Of a stretch of 64,000 bases of DNA, positions 1 through 8,824 are shown piece by piece. Each line of letters begins with the position of its first letter. Positions within the stretch are counted from its first letter, which is position 1. The notes under the pieces are model-generated. The model was not told where the DNA came from. It did no database searches and worked only from the letters and a program-made list of their open reading frames with translations. The DNA is taken from assembly GCA_035620695.1 (NCBI GenBank), contig DASPGI010000199.1, forward strand, positions 979-64,978, in the 5' to 3' direction. The position numbers and the translations under genes were made by a program. This stretch comes from Alphaproteobacteria bacterium. Lineage in GTDB: Bacteria; Pseudomonadota; Alphaproteobacteria; JAREAF01.

Positions 1-633
1 GCGCCGCGTCCGGTCGGCCTGATCTTCGGCGTGGGTGAGGCGATGCGCCGGCAGCTCGCCGCACGCGGAATCCTCACGATCGGACAGCTCCAGCAGATGA
101 GTGAACAGGCGCTCGGCGCCGAGTTCGGCGAGTTGGGTCGGAGACTCTATCGGTTCGCGCGAGGTGAGGACGAGCGAAAGGTCGAGCCCAACGCCCCGAC
201 CAAGAGCATCTCCGCCGAAACGACGTTCGATGAGGACCTGTCCGCGAAGGAGTCGCTTCTTGCCGAGCTCTGGCCCTTGGCGCAGACCGTCTCGCGGCGC
301 CTGAAACGCGCGGAACTCGCCGCCCAGAGCGTGGCGGTCAAGCTCAAGACGACCGAATTCAGATTGCTGACCCGCCACCGTCGCTTGGGCGATCCCACCC
401 AGCTTGCCGAGATTCTGTACCAGGCCGCCAAGCCCCTGGTTGAGCGCGAGGCAGATGGGCGAGCATTCCGGCTGATTGGGATCGGTGCGGAGGCGTTGGT
501 CGAGGGCATGCTGGCCGATCCGCCCGACCTGCTGGCCGCACAACCGATGCGGGAGATTGATTCGGTCGACACGAAACTCGGCACCGAATGTCCGGCGCGG
601 GATCGGAACTCCAGGCCCAGGGGGGTTGGCTGA
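1..633 (+). CDS. dinB: DNA polymerase IV (DinB), C-terminal part; 5' end lies outside the window
   Basis: Frame 1 is open from base 1. The translation (…GVGEAMRRQLAARGILTIGQL…LIGIGAEALV) matches the thumb/little-finger region of Y-family Pol IV. Stop at 633. Confidence 0.6.
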   Translation, partial: APRPVGLIFGVGEAMRRQLAARGILTIGQLQQMSEQALGAEFGELGRRLYRFARGEDERKVEPNAPTKSISAETTFDEDLSAKESLLAELWPLAQTVSRRLKRAELAAQSVAVKLKTTEFRLLTRHRRLGDPTQLAEILYQAAKPLVEREADGRAFRLIGIGAEALVEGMLADPPDLLAAQPMREIDSVDTKLGTECPARDRNSRPRGVG

Positions 634-636
634 GGT

Positions 637-1440
637 TCAGCAGCCTGGCGGCAGTGTTTCCAGCTGCTTCAATACCGCGCGCACCGAGAAATCCCCATAT
701 TGCAGCACCAGGTCTTCGGCTACCCCGTTATGATAGAGGCGCAAATTCTGCTCGTGCTCGGGTTCGAGCTCCTTGCTCGCATGCGGGAAGAAGGCCAATC
801 CCAAGCGCCAGGAGGCAACGCCGGCCAATTCCCTCAGCGCGTTCGGGTCGGCAGGGGCCTGCATGCGCTTGCCGATAATCACCCCTACGCCGAACAGTCC
901 CTGCTCGTCCGATCCGTCGAAAACCTCGTTCCAGAAGAAGTTCCCTCCAGCCTCGGCCTCCTCCAGAACTTTGAGAGTGTGCGCGGTCGGAAACAATGTG
1001 CCGGCCGGCAGCGGCAGGTCGCGGCGCTCCGGCTCGGTGTAGTGGGCTACTCCCGACTTGCCCTCGCCCAGTAGCTCGGCACTGCCGCGCAGCACCTCTT
1101 GATCCTGGTTGTCCTGGAGCCGCCGGACGAAGAAGCCATATTTTAGGCCGTTCTTGGCTTCCCAACTGTTCAGGGTCCAACCAAAATCGGTGCTCTCGCC
1201 CGCCGAATAGTAGACCGTCATCGCCATCTTCTGCGTGATCGACCAGCCATCGCAGCTATCCCGCCATTCGAAGGCCATGAAGCCCTCTACATCGGCGATG
1301 TTGCTGCGGCTCTCCGCGCTATCGAGGTCCATCTCGTAGACCGCCCGGTGCGGAAGGATGTCGATGGCATGCGCTGAGGCGGCGACAAGGACCGCCGGTG
1401 CGGCCATGAAAGCGCAGGCGAAGGCACGCAGCCAGTTCAT
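637..1440 (-). CDS. DUF1849 family periplasmic protein (EipB-like)
   Basis: 281-aa ORF with an internal Met followed by a signal peptide (MNWLRAFACAFMAAPAVLVAASAHA). Its composition resembles Brucella EipB/DUF1849 proteins. Start chosen at the signal-peptide Met. Confidence 0.45.
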   Translation of the reverse strand: MNWLRAFACAFMAAPAVLVAASAHAIDILPHRAVYEMDLDSAESRSNIADVEGFMAFEWRDSCDGWSITQKMAMTVYYSAGESTDFGWTLNSWEAKNGLKYGFFVRRLQDNQDQEVLRGSAELLGEGKSGVAHYTEPERRDLPLPAGTLFPTAHTLKVLEEAEAGGNFFWNEVFDGSDEQGLFGVGVIIGKRMQAPADPNALRELAGVASWRLGLAFFPHASKELEPEHEQNLRLYHNGVAEDLVLQYGDFSVRAVLKQLETLPPGC

Positions 1441-1587
1441 ATAGCCATGGATCCGGATGGGCAGGACGGCGCGATGAGACACAACGGATTCGCAATTATG
1501 TCATGCCGTGCTGCGAGCCGATAGTATCGTCCCGCCCGTCCTTTTCGCAGCTTCCGCCTCGAACATCGACTGTAAAGAGCTGAACCC

Positions 1588-2553
1588 ATGGCCAGCAAGC
1601 CCGTCGTTTTCGTCACCCGCAAGCTCCCCGAAGCCGTCCATGAGCGCCTCAAGCGCGACTATGAGCCGCGGCTGAACCTCGAGGACCAACTCTATAGCGG
1701 GGAGGATCTGGCGCGGCTCGCCCAGGGGGCGGACGCACTTTTGCCCTGCCCTACCGACAGGCTGACCGGGGCGGTCGTCGGGAAACTTCCGGCCTCGATC
1801 AAGATCATCGCCACTTTCTCGGTTGGCTACGAGCATATCGACATCGCCTCCGCCAAGGCACGCGGCATCATCGTCACCAACACTCCCGACGTGCTGACGG
1901 ACGCGACGGCCGATATCACCATGCTGCTGATGCTGGGGGCTGCGAGGCGCGCTCATGAGGGCGAGAGGATGGTGCGCGAGGCGACCTGGTCGATTTGGGC
2001 GCCGACAGGCATGCTCGGAATTCACCTCACCGGCAAGCGGCTCGGCATTTTCGGCATGGGCCGCATCGGCCAAGCGGTAGCCAGACGCGCCCGCGGCTTC
2101 GAGATGGAGATCCACTATTCCAATCGCCGACGCCTTCCAGCGGATCGGGAACTGGGCGCTATCTTCCATCAAAGGGCAGAGGATATGCTCCCTCAATGCG
2201 ATTTCCTTTCCATCAATTGTCCCGCCAGCTCCGAGACCCATCACTGGCTGAACGCTGAGCGAATCCGGCTGCTGCCGAGGGGCGCGATCGTGGTGAACAC
2301 CGCGCGCGGCACCATCGTCGACGACGAGGCGCTCATCGCCGCACTGAAGTCAGGCCATCTCGCAGCCGCCGGGCTCGACGTCTTCGAAAACGAGCCGAAC
2401 ATCAACCCGAATTATCGGCCCCTGCCGAATACATTCCTGCTGCCGCATCTCGGCAGCGCGACGGTGGAGACACGAAACGGCATGGGCTTTCGCGCGCTCG
2501 ACAATCTCGACGCCTTTTTCGCCGGCCGCATACCACCGGATCGTGTAGCTTGA
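1588..2553 (+). CDS. D-isomer-specific 2-hydroxyacid dehydrogenase (glyoxylate/hydroxypyruvate reductase-like)
   Basis: NAD-binding GxGxxG motif (GIFGMGRIGQAVARRA) and catalytic region (…VNTARGTIVDDEALIAALKSG…GLDVFENEP…) typical of the family. Confidence 0.75.
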   Translation: MASKPVVFVTRKLPEAVHERLKRDYEPRLNLEDQLYSGEDLARLAQGADALLPCPTDRLTGAVVGKLPASIKIIATFSVGYEHIDIASAKARGIIVTNTPDVLTDATADITMLLMLGAARRAHEGERMVREATWSIWAPTGMLGIHLTGKRLGIFGMGRIGQAVARRARGFEMEIHYSNRRRLPADRELGAIFHQRAEDMLPQCDFLSINCPASSETHHWLNAERIRLLPRGAIVVNTARGTIVDDEALIAALKSGHLAAAGLDVFENEPNINPNYRPLPNTFLLPHLGSATVETRNGMGFRALDNLDAFFAGRIPPDRVA

Positions 2554-2593
2554 GGCTGTTCACTGCAACCGGATTGTGATCTTCGATCTCCGG

Positions 2594-4123
2594 CTACGGC
2601 GGCGGGTTCTTCTCCAACTCCGGCCGGCGGCGGGCTACATAGTCGTCGATCGCCTCGGCGATGGCTGGGTCGATAGGCGGCGGGTGATACTCGGCAAGAA
2701 GCTGCTTCCAGATCCGGTTGGCGCGTTCGGTTGCCGTCCTGGCACCGGCTTCGCGCCAAGTCTCGAAGTTTCGCCAGTCGGAGAGCATCGGCTGATAGAA
2801 CGCGGTCTCATAGCGCGCCAGCGTGTGAGCTGCGCCGAAGAAGTGCCCGCCCGGCCCAACCTCGCGGATCGCGTCCAGCGCAAGGGTATCCTCGCTGACC
2901 TCCAGTGGCTGCAGGAATTCGGCCATCTCCTGAAGGAGCTCGGCATCGAGCACCATCTTCTCGTAGGAGGCGACGAGACCGCCTTCGAGCCATCCGGCTC
3001 CGTGATAGACGAGGTTGGTGTGGGCGAGGACGGCGGCCCAAAGCGACATCACCGATTCATACGCCGCCTGGGCATCCACGACCGTCGCGGAGTTCACATT
3101 GGATGAGCGATAGGGGAGCCGATAGCGCCGCGCGAGCTGCCCTCCCGCCAGAACCGCCTTGACGTATTCGGGCGTGCCGAAGGCCGGCGCCCCGGTGCGC
3201 ATATCCACATTCGAGGTGAAGCCGCCATAGACGGCTGGCGCCCCCGGGCGCACCATTTGCATGAAGGCGATGAGGCCGATCGCCTCGGCGTTCTGCAGCG
3301 CCAGCGCGCCGGCCAGGCTCACAGGGCTCATTGCGCCGGCAAGGGTGAAGGGCGTCACCACGACCGGCTGGCCGTGGCGGGCCATTTCCATCAACCCTTG
3401 CAGCATCGGCCCATCGACACGGCGCGGGGAGTTGGAGTTCACAACCGCGAGAAGCCCCGGTCGGCTGGACATGTCTTCGAGGGTGAGGCCACGCGAGAGC
3501 GCGTTGATAGCGATCGCATCGGCGATTCGCTCGCGACCGAGCGCCGAGCCCTGCCAGACCCGATCGGTCAGCAACGCATAGCTTCTGTAGACGTCGAGAT
3601 GCCGAGTCGCCGCCGGCTGGTCGATTGCCGCCACCGGAGCGCCCGCCAGAAGGTGGATGGCGTTGAGGCTTTGCGCGAGCTTGAGCAGCTCCTGAAGATC
3701 TGCAAGCGTGCCCGGGCGTCGCCCACGATCCAGATCAGAGCAGTTCGGCGGACCGGCGACCGAACTGAAGCAGATCGCATTCCCGCCCATGGCAAGGTTA
3801 CGCGTCGAGTTCCGGGCCTCCAGTGCGATCTCAGCTGGAGCCTTCGCAATTGCATCGAGCACGAGCGCGCGCTCCATTCGCACCATCCGTGTCTCGGGAT
3901 CGATCATCGCGCCCTGTCGGCGGAGAAGATCGAGCGCCTCATCGTCGAGAAACTGCAGCCCCATCTCCTCGAGGATGCGCAAGGAGGCTTGATGGATCGC
4001 CTCGATCTGATCCTCGCTGAGCAGTTCGACGGGTGGATAGGGACTGCGCAGCAGGCGGAACGGCCGCTGAAGCGTCCCCCCGCCATCCCTGCGCTGCGCC
4101 CGCCGCTGTGAGAGACGAACCAT
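2594..4123 (-). CDS. Trimethylamine methyltransferase (MttB) superfamily protein, non-pyrrolysine type (likely quaternary amine:corrinoid methyltransferase)
   Basis: 509 aa with no in-frame stop. MttB-family length and conserved blocks are present (…GGFTSNVDMRTGAPAFGTPEY…). Confidence 0.65.
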   Translation of the reverse strand: MVRLSQRRAQRRDGGGTLQRPFRLLRSPYPPVELLSEDQIEAIHQASLRILEEMGLQFLDDEALDLLRRQGAMIDPETRMVRMERALVLDAIAKAPAEIALEARNSTRNLAMGGNAICFSSVAGPPNCSDLDRGRRPGTLADLQELLKLAQSLNAIHLLAGAPVAAIDQPAATRHLDVYRSYALLTDRVWQGSALGRERIADAIAINALSRGLTLEDMSSRPGLLAVVNSNSPRRVDGPMLQGLMEMARHGQPVVVTPFTLAGAMSPVSLAGALALQNAEAIGLIAFMQMVRPGAPAVYGGFTSNVDMRTGAPAFGTPEYVKAVLAGGQLARRYRLPYRSSNVNSATVVDAQAAYESVMSLWAAVLAHTNLVYHGAGWLEGGLVASYEKMVLDAELLQEMAEFLQPLEVSEDTLALDAIREVGPGGHFFGAAHTLARYETAFYQPMLSDWRNFETWREAGARTATERANRIWKQLLAEYHPPPIDPAIAEAIDDYVARRRPELEKNPPP

Positions 4124-4228
4124 GCGGTAGCTCCTCTGAGGGCCGACAGCATACCTGGAAATCGGGCGCGGCGATCGGGCGCCGCTGAAACGGTGTCGCC
4201 GGAAGCGACAGTGGCATAGCTTTCCTGC

Positions 4229-4680
4229 ATGATCGCACGCTTGCTTCTATTCGCCGGTTTTCTGCTGGGCGCCGCACTGGGGGGCCTGGCCCAGGAGGGT
4301 GCCGGAGACATTGTCATTCTCGCCGCCTGGGCACGGGCCACACCCGGCTCTACAGCGGCAGTCTACCTTGAGGTGCAGAATAAGAGCGTCGAGGGCGATC
4401 GGCTGATCGACGCCTCTGCATCGATCGCCAGGCGGACCGAGATCCATGAGCATCGCACCGCAAACGGCGTCATAAGCATGACCGCCATTCCCGATATTCC
4501 ACTGCCTGCCGGCGCAACTGTCAGACTTGCGCCCGGTGAGCGCTATTTGATGCTGTTCGGCCTCGACAAGCCACTGAAGCCGGGTGACCGCTTTCCCTGA
4601 GTCTCACCTTCGAACGGTCAGGAACGATAGTGGTGGAGGCCGTGACGGGAGGCGCGGGCGCTCTCTTGCCGCCCTCCTGA
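4229..4680 (+). pseudogene. Copper chaperone PCu(A)C (DUF461), apparently frameshifted at a CCC run near 4595-4600
   Basis: The 123-aa ORF ends at 'DRFP*' (4600). The +1 frame continues 'LSLTFERSGTIVVEAVTGGAG…' to 4680, which is the canonical PCu(A)C C-terminus. A single C insertion or deletion in 'tttccctga' would restore it. Confidence 0.5.
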
Positions 4681-4749
4681 TCTTCATTGAGCTGGGGCCC
4701 ATTTAGGCACTAAATTGCGTACAACCGCTGCTTTATTGGCCAAAACACT

Positions 4750-6246
4750 GTGACTTCTGATCGATTTCAGCAACATCGGGACCCAGGCGAGCCTCTAGAG
4801 CCCCCCGCGGGCCAGGACCGCATGCTGCCCCAGCAGCTCATCCTGGTAAGGGGGGCGATGCCGGCAGCTCTGGTGGCGCAGATCGGGATGATTTTCGCCT
4901 GCGCGATCGTACTTTGGTCCGGCCCGGCGCGTGGACCTTGGCTGGCCGCTTGGGCGGGATTGTCGATATTGGTGACCTTTGCGCGCTCGCTTCTGCTGTG
5001 GGGATGGTCCAAGTCGCCTCTGGAGGTTGACGAGGCTCGTCGTAGGCGGCGGCTTCTTGTGATTGGAGCTGCTGTGTCCGGCGGGCTCTGGGGCATTTTG
5101 CCGGTGCTGATCCGGTCGCAAGCGCCGATCGAGCATGAGATGTTCTTGGGCGTGGTGTTGGCCGGGATGTGTGCAGGAGCCCTCGCGGCTCTGGGTTATG
5201 TGCGGGCCACCTTCTATGCTTTCGTACTGCCTGCCCTATTGCCGTTCGCAATCGTCATGCTGATTGGCGGCGGTCCCATGCGGACGGCGTTGGGTCTTCT
5301 GGCGCTGCTGTTTCTAGGCTCCCTTGCTTTCATCGCGCGCACGCTGGAGCAGGTCGTGATCGGCGCCTTCCGACTCCAACATGCGAACGCCGCTTTGGTT
5401 CGTCGCCTGACCGTCGCGCGAGATGAGGCCAATGCCGCGGCGGAAGCAAAAAGCGCGCTCATCTCCAGCCTGGAGGACAGCCGCCGCGAAGCGGAGTCGG
5501 CGAACCAAGCCAAGAGCACGTTTCTGGCGATCATGAGCCACGAGCTGCGTACGCCGCTCAACGCCATAATCGGTTTTGCCGATGTTATTCGCGCCGAGTC
5601 GCTTGGGCCGCTCGAGAATCCCCGCTATCGCGAATATGTCAGCGATATCCGCGACAGCGGCGCACATCTCTTGGAATTGATCAACAAGATACTGGACCTG
5701 TCGAAAATCGAGGCCGGCAAGTTCGAGCTTTCCCCGGAGCGCTTCTCGGTCGAGCCGGTGATCGCCTCGGTGCTGCGCCTGTTCCGCGAGCAGGCAAGCG
5801 CGGCGGGTGTCCGGCTGGAACTGCACCTCGATCCGACAGGTTTAACCGTCCGCGCCGACGAGCGTGCGTTGAAGCAGATGCTGATCAATCTGATCTCCAA
5901 CGCCCTGAAATTCGCGCCCCGTGGCACGACCATCACCGTCTCGGCAGCCGGCGGAACGCATGGCACAGAGATTTCAATTTCCGACCGGGGTGCCGGGATC
6001 GCGCCCGGAGACATCGAGAAGGCGATTGCTCCCTTCAGTCAGCTCGGCGATCCGATGACCCGTCGCCACGAGGGCACCGGCCTCGGCCTCTCGCTGGTGA
6101 AGGCGCTCGTCAGTCTGCATGGCGGCAACCTCATCATCGAGTCCAGGCCGGGCAGCGGCACGACGGTGCGGCTAATGTTTCCCGACACGGGTGAAAGGCG
6201 GATTGAGGCGCCCGGCACCGCCATGCGCGAGGTTGCGTCGCACTAA
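4750..6246 (+). CDS. Membrane-bound sensor histidine kinase (HisKA + HATPase_c)
   Basis: Multiple N-terminal TM helices, H-box 'MSHELRTPLNAIIGFADV', and N/G1/G2 boxes (…LISNALKF…SDRGAGI…GTGLGLSLVK…). The true start may be downstream (e.g. Met at 4822). Confidence 0.7.
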   Translation: MTSDRFQQHRDPGEPLEPPAGQDRMLPQQLILVRGAMPAALVAQIGMIFACAIVLWSGPARGPWLAAWAGLSILVTFARSLLLWGWSKSPLEVDEARRRRRLLVIGAAVSGGLWGILPVLIRSQAPIEHEMFLGVVLAGMCAGALAALGYVRATFYAFVLPALLPFAIVMLIGGGPMRTALGLLALLFLGSLAFIARTLEQVVIGAFRLQHANAALVRRLTVARDEANAAAEAKSALISSLEDSRREAESANQAKSTFLAIMSHELRTPLNAIIGFADVIRAESLGPLENPRYREYVSDIRDSGAHLLELINKILDLSKIEAGKFELSPERFSVEPVIASVLRLFREQASAAGVRLELHLDPTGLTVRADERALKQMLINLISNALKFAPRGTTITVSAAGGTHGTEISISDRGAGIAPGDIEKAIAPFSQLGDPMTRRHEGTGLGLSLVKALVSLHGGNLIIESRPGSGTTVRLMFPDTGERRIEAPGTAMREVASH

Positions 6247-6310
6247 AGCGGCTCTCGATTCTGTTAGCTCCATCCCGGCCGAAATCTCGCCATGATCTGT
6301 CGCCGCCGCT

Positions 6311-7258
6311 TCAATCCGGAATCCGCTCCTCGCGGATGATCTCGGCCGACTGACGCAACTCCTTCTGGCCAAGGCGGGTGCGCAAACGGTCACGCTCGCG
6401 CGCAGCCTCCGCGTTACCGCGCTCGGCCGCAAGGCTGTACCAGGCATGGGCGGCCACTGGATTGGCTCTGACGCCAAGGCCTTCTTCGTAGAGATGAGCC
6501 AGCCGCATCTGCCCCAAAGCCTCACCGCGGCCGGCCGCCCGCTTGTACCATGCGCGAGCCTCACGCAAGTCACGATCGACGCCAATGCCGTTCAGATACA
6601 TGTCGCCGATGTTGATCATTGCGAAGGCGTCGCCCTCGTCGGCGGCGCGGCGATACCAGCGTCTGGCCTGGCGGTGGTCGACCTCGACACCCGAGCCGCT
6701 GGCGTAGAAATCGCCGAGATTGTTCATCGCGTAGGCATTTCCCCCTTCGGCAGCGCGTTCGTACCAGAGCCGTGCCGCCCGCATATCGCGCGGAAGCCCA
6801 CGCCCATGGGCATACATGTAACCCAGGGCGAACTGCGCCTCCGGCAACCCCTGCTCCGCCGCCAGCCGATACCATTTGGCCGCGGCTTCGTCATTCTGCG
6901 GCACCCCGTTGCCGCTGCCCCAGATATTGCCAAGATTGTATTGAGCAAGCTGATTCTTGCGCTCGGCCGCTTTATAGAACCAGTTGACCGCCTCGACGTA
7001 ATCGAGCGCGACGCCTCGCCCTTCGCGATACAGCAGGCCGAGATAGGTCTGCGCCACCGGATCGCCGTTTTCGGCCAGCGGGTGCAGCAGCCGCGCGGCT
7101 TCATCGTCCCGCCCCGCCCGGTAGGCTGCAATCGCCCGCTCCAGCTCAGGCGAAGGTTTATCCCCCTCCCCCCATCCGATCAGGCCGCAGGCGGTCAGCG
7201 TAGCGACAAGAACGGCTACCTGACCGAGGACTTGCAGCTTTTCGCCCGCTTGACGCAT
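6311..7258 (-). CDS. Sel1-repeat (TPR-like) protein with N-terminal signal/lipoprotein-like sequence
   Basis: About eight tandem Sel1 repeats (…AQYNLGNIWGSGNGVPQNDEAAAKWYRLAAEQG…). Start placed at MRQAGEKLQVLGQVAVLVATLTACG; the upstream 65 codons of the ORF are Arg-rich read-through. Confidence 0.65.
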   Translation of the reverse strand: MRQAGEKLQVLGQVAVLVATLTACGLIGWGEGDKPSPELERAIAAYRAGRDDEAARLLHPLAENGDPVAQTYLGLLYREGRGVALDYVEAVNWFYKAAERKNQLAQYNLGNIWGSGNGVPQNDEAAAKWYRLAAEQGLPEAQFALGYMYAHGRGLPRDMRAARLWYERAAEGGNAYAMNNLGDFYASGSGVEVDHRQARRWYRRAADEGDAFAMINIGDMYLNGIGVDRDLREARAWYKRAAGRGEALGQMRLAHLYEEGLGVRANPVAAHAWYSLAAERGNAEAARERDRLRTRLGQKELRQSAEIIREERIPD

Positions 7259-7292
7259 TGCGCGGACCGGCGATCCCGGTCCACAACTCTGC

Positions 7293-7523
7293 TCAGCGGC
7301 ATTTGTAATGGGCGATACTGTCGGTCGCACGTTTGTCGATACTGAGTAGTTCAGCGTCGAGGTCGTAGGCTGCGCAATAGTTCTGCGCTTTGTTATTGGC
7401 CTCCTCGATCTGCTCTCCCGTGAAACTGTAGGACACCGTCGGCGGCGTTTCACTCACGCGTCGGGGCTCCGACGTTGCGCAGGCCGGCAGGATGAGGAAA
7501 ACTGCGACGAATCCAAGACGCAT
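7293..7523 (-). CDS. Small putative lipoprotein (76 aa)
   Basis: MRLGFVAVFLILPACATSEP… gives a lipobox-like LPAC. It lies immediately upstream of the Sel1 gene on the same strand. Confidence 0.3.
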   Translation of the reverse strand: MRLGFVAVFLILPACATSEPRRVSETPPTVSYSFTGEQIEEANNKAQNYCAAYDLDAELLSIDKRATDSIAHYKCR

Positions 7524-7815
7524 GCTCCCTCCCACCTTGAACATGCCGGTTGATTGAAACACACTTCCGGCCATGACCGTTGCCCGGATGCAAGCCGGCG
7601 CCGCTCCTCGCCTCACCCGCCAGCGGTAACCATTCATGGGCAGGCTTCGCCACAACGTGGACCGATTATCGAGATGCTTCAGGAGACTCTGAAGAACGCC
7701 GACGTGCCCTGCCGGCTCGCGTTGCAGACCGCTGAACCCGGTCGCCCCAAACGCGGAGTGTGAATCGGCATTTTCGGGATGTCGGCTTTCGCGGCATTGC
7801 CAGCCATGCGCTCGC

Positions 7816-7849
7816 ACAAAACGAAAACGCCCCCGGCAGAGCCGGGGGC
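7816..7849 (-). terminator. Rho-independent terminator downstream of cspA
   Basis: Perfect 9-bp GC stem gcccccggc-aga-gccgggggc (7829-7849) followed on the minus strand by GTTTTCGTTTTG. Confidence 0.5.
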
Positions 7850-7877
7850 GAAATTGGAACCCGCTGGCACGGGAACG

Positions 7878-8087
7878 TTAGACCAGCTTCAGATTGCCAG
7901 CCGAGGCTCGGCCGTCGCGACCCTGCTGCAGCTCGTACTCTACGCGCTGACCTTCGGCGAGGCCGGAGAGCCCCGCCCGCTCGACCGCCGAAATATGAAC
8001 GAACACGTCCTTGGACGAGCCGCCATCCGGCTGGATAAATCCATAACCCTTGGTAGGGTTGAACCACTTGACGGTTCCGACAGGCAT
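7878..8087 (-). CDS. cspA: Cold-shock protein (CspA family)
   Basis: [35 protein letters not shown]… carries the RNP1/RNP2 cold-shock domain. Confidence 0.85.
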   Translation of the reverse strand: MPVGTVKWFNPTKGYGFIQPDGGSSKDVFVHISAVERAGLSGLAEGQRVEYELQQGRDGRASAGNLKLV

Positions 8088-8287
8088 TCAAGTCTCCATG
8101 TAGCAGCGGAAATCGCCGCAGTTAGTCATCACGTCCCGGCATCCGCGGCCATCTTGCAAGCAAAGCGTTTAACACCGCGGGAGGAGGTTCTCCGCGCTAC
8201 GCCACGTCCGGAGTGGTAACACTACACTGGCCGCCCACGCTAACACAGCCCAATGTTTACGGCTTAGCGAAAGGGGTATCTGCAGCA

Positions 8288-8824
8288 ATGTCGCCGCGCA
8301 TTCGCAGAGCGGGCATTACCGATGCGCCCAAGGTCGCAGAAATTTATGTAGAAACTTGGCGCGATGCCTACCCAGGCATGTTGCCCGACCGAGTGCTGCT
8401 CGGCATGTCGCGCGAGCGTCAGTTGCGAGCATGGAGGCATTCGATCTGCGATCCCGCACAAAGCGTGCTGATTGCCGAAGAGTCGAACAGCCTAGCAATC
8501 GGCTTCGGAAGTTGCGGAGTGACGCGCCATCCTTCCTTGGGCTTTTCCGGCGAGATATACACGCTTTACGTTTCGCCGGATCACCAGCGCCGCGGTGTTG
8601 GCAGCACACTCTTGGCGGCCCTGCTGCGAGAGCTCCGCCGCCGGGGTCACCGATCGGCCGTGGTTTGGGCGCTCGCCGACAACCCTTCGCGGTTTTTCTA
8701 CGAGGCGATGGGGGCGCTCCCCGTTGCCGAGAGCGCCGAGACTTTGTGGGGTAAACGCCTGCGCCAGCGAGGGTATGGCTGGCGAGACCTCGATTCATGG
8801 CTCGCCCCGCGCGGCCAGGCTTGA
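8288..8824 (+). CDS. GNAT family N-acetyltransferase
   Basis: Acetyl-CoA-binding motif …YVSPDHQRRGVGSTLLAAL… Start set at MSPRIRRAG. Confidence 0.6.
   Translation: MSPRIRRAGITDAPKVAEIYVETWRDAYPGMLPDRVLLGMSRERQLRAWRHSICDPAQSVLIAEESNSLAIGFGSCGVTRHPSLGFSGEIYTLYVSPDHQRRGVGSTLLAALLRELRRRGHRSAVVWALADNPSRFFYEAMGALPVAESAETLWGKRLRQRGYGWRDLDSWLAPRGQA

Noticed and set aside
1501-2244. 247-aa minus-strand ORF antisense to the 2-hydroxyacid dehydrogenase
   Set aside because: The dehydrogenase NAD-binding motif confirms the plus strand. Antisense ORF rejected.
2594-4123. Possible pyrrolysine (amber read-through) in the MttB homologue
   Set aside because: The ORF is continuous with no in-frame TAG, consistent with the non-Pyl bacterial MttB clade.
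8088-8287. Possible structured 5' UTR (cold-box) upstream of cspA
   Set aside because: Plausible from the known biology of csp genes, but I could not identify a convincing conserved element by eye in this shared divergent intergenic region.
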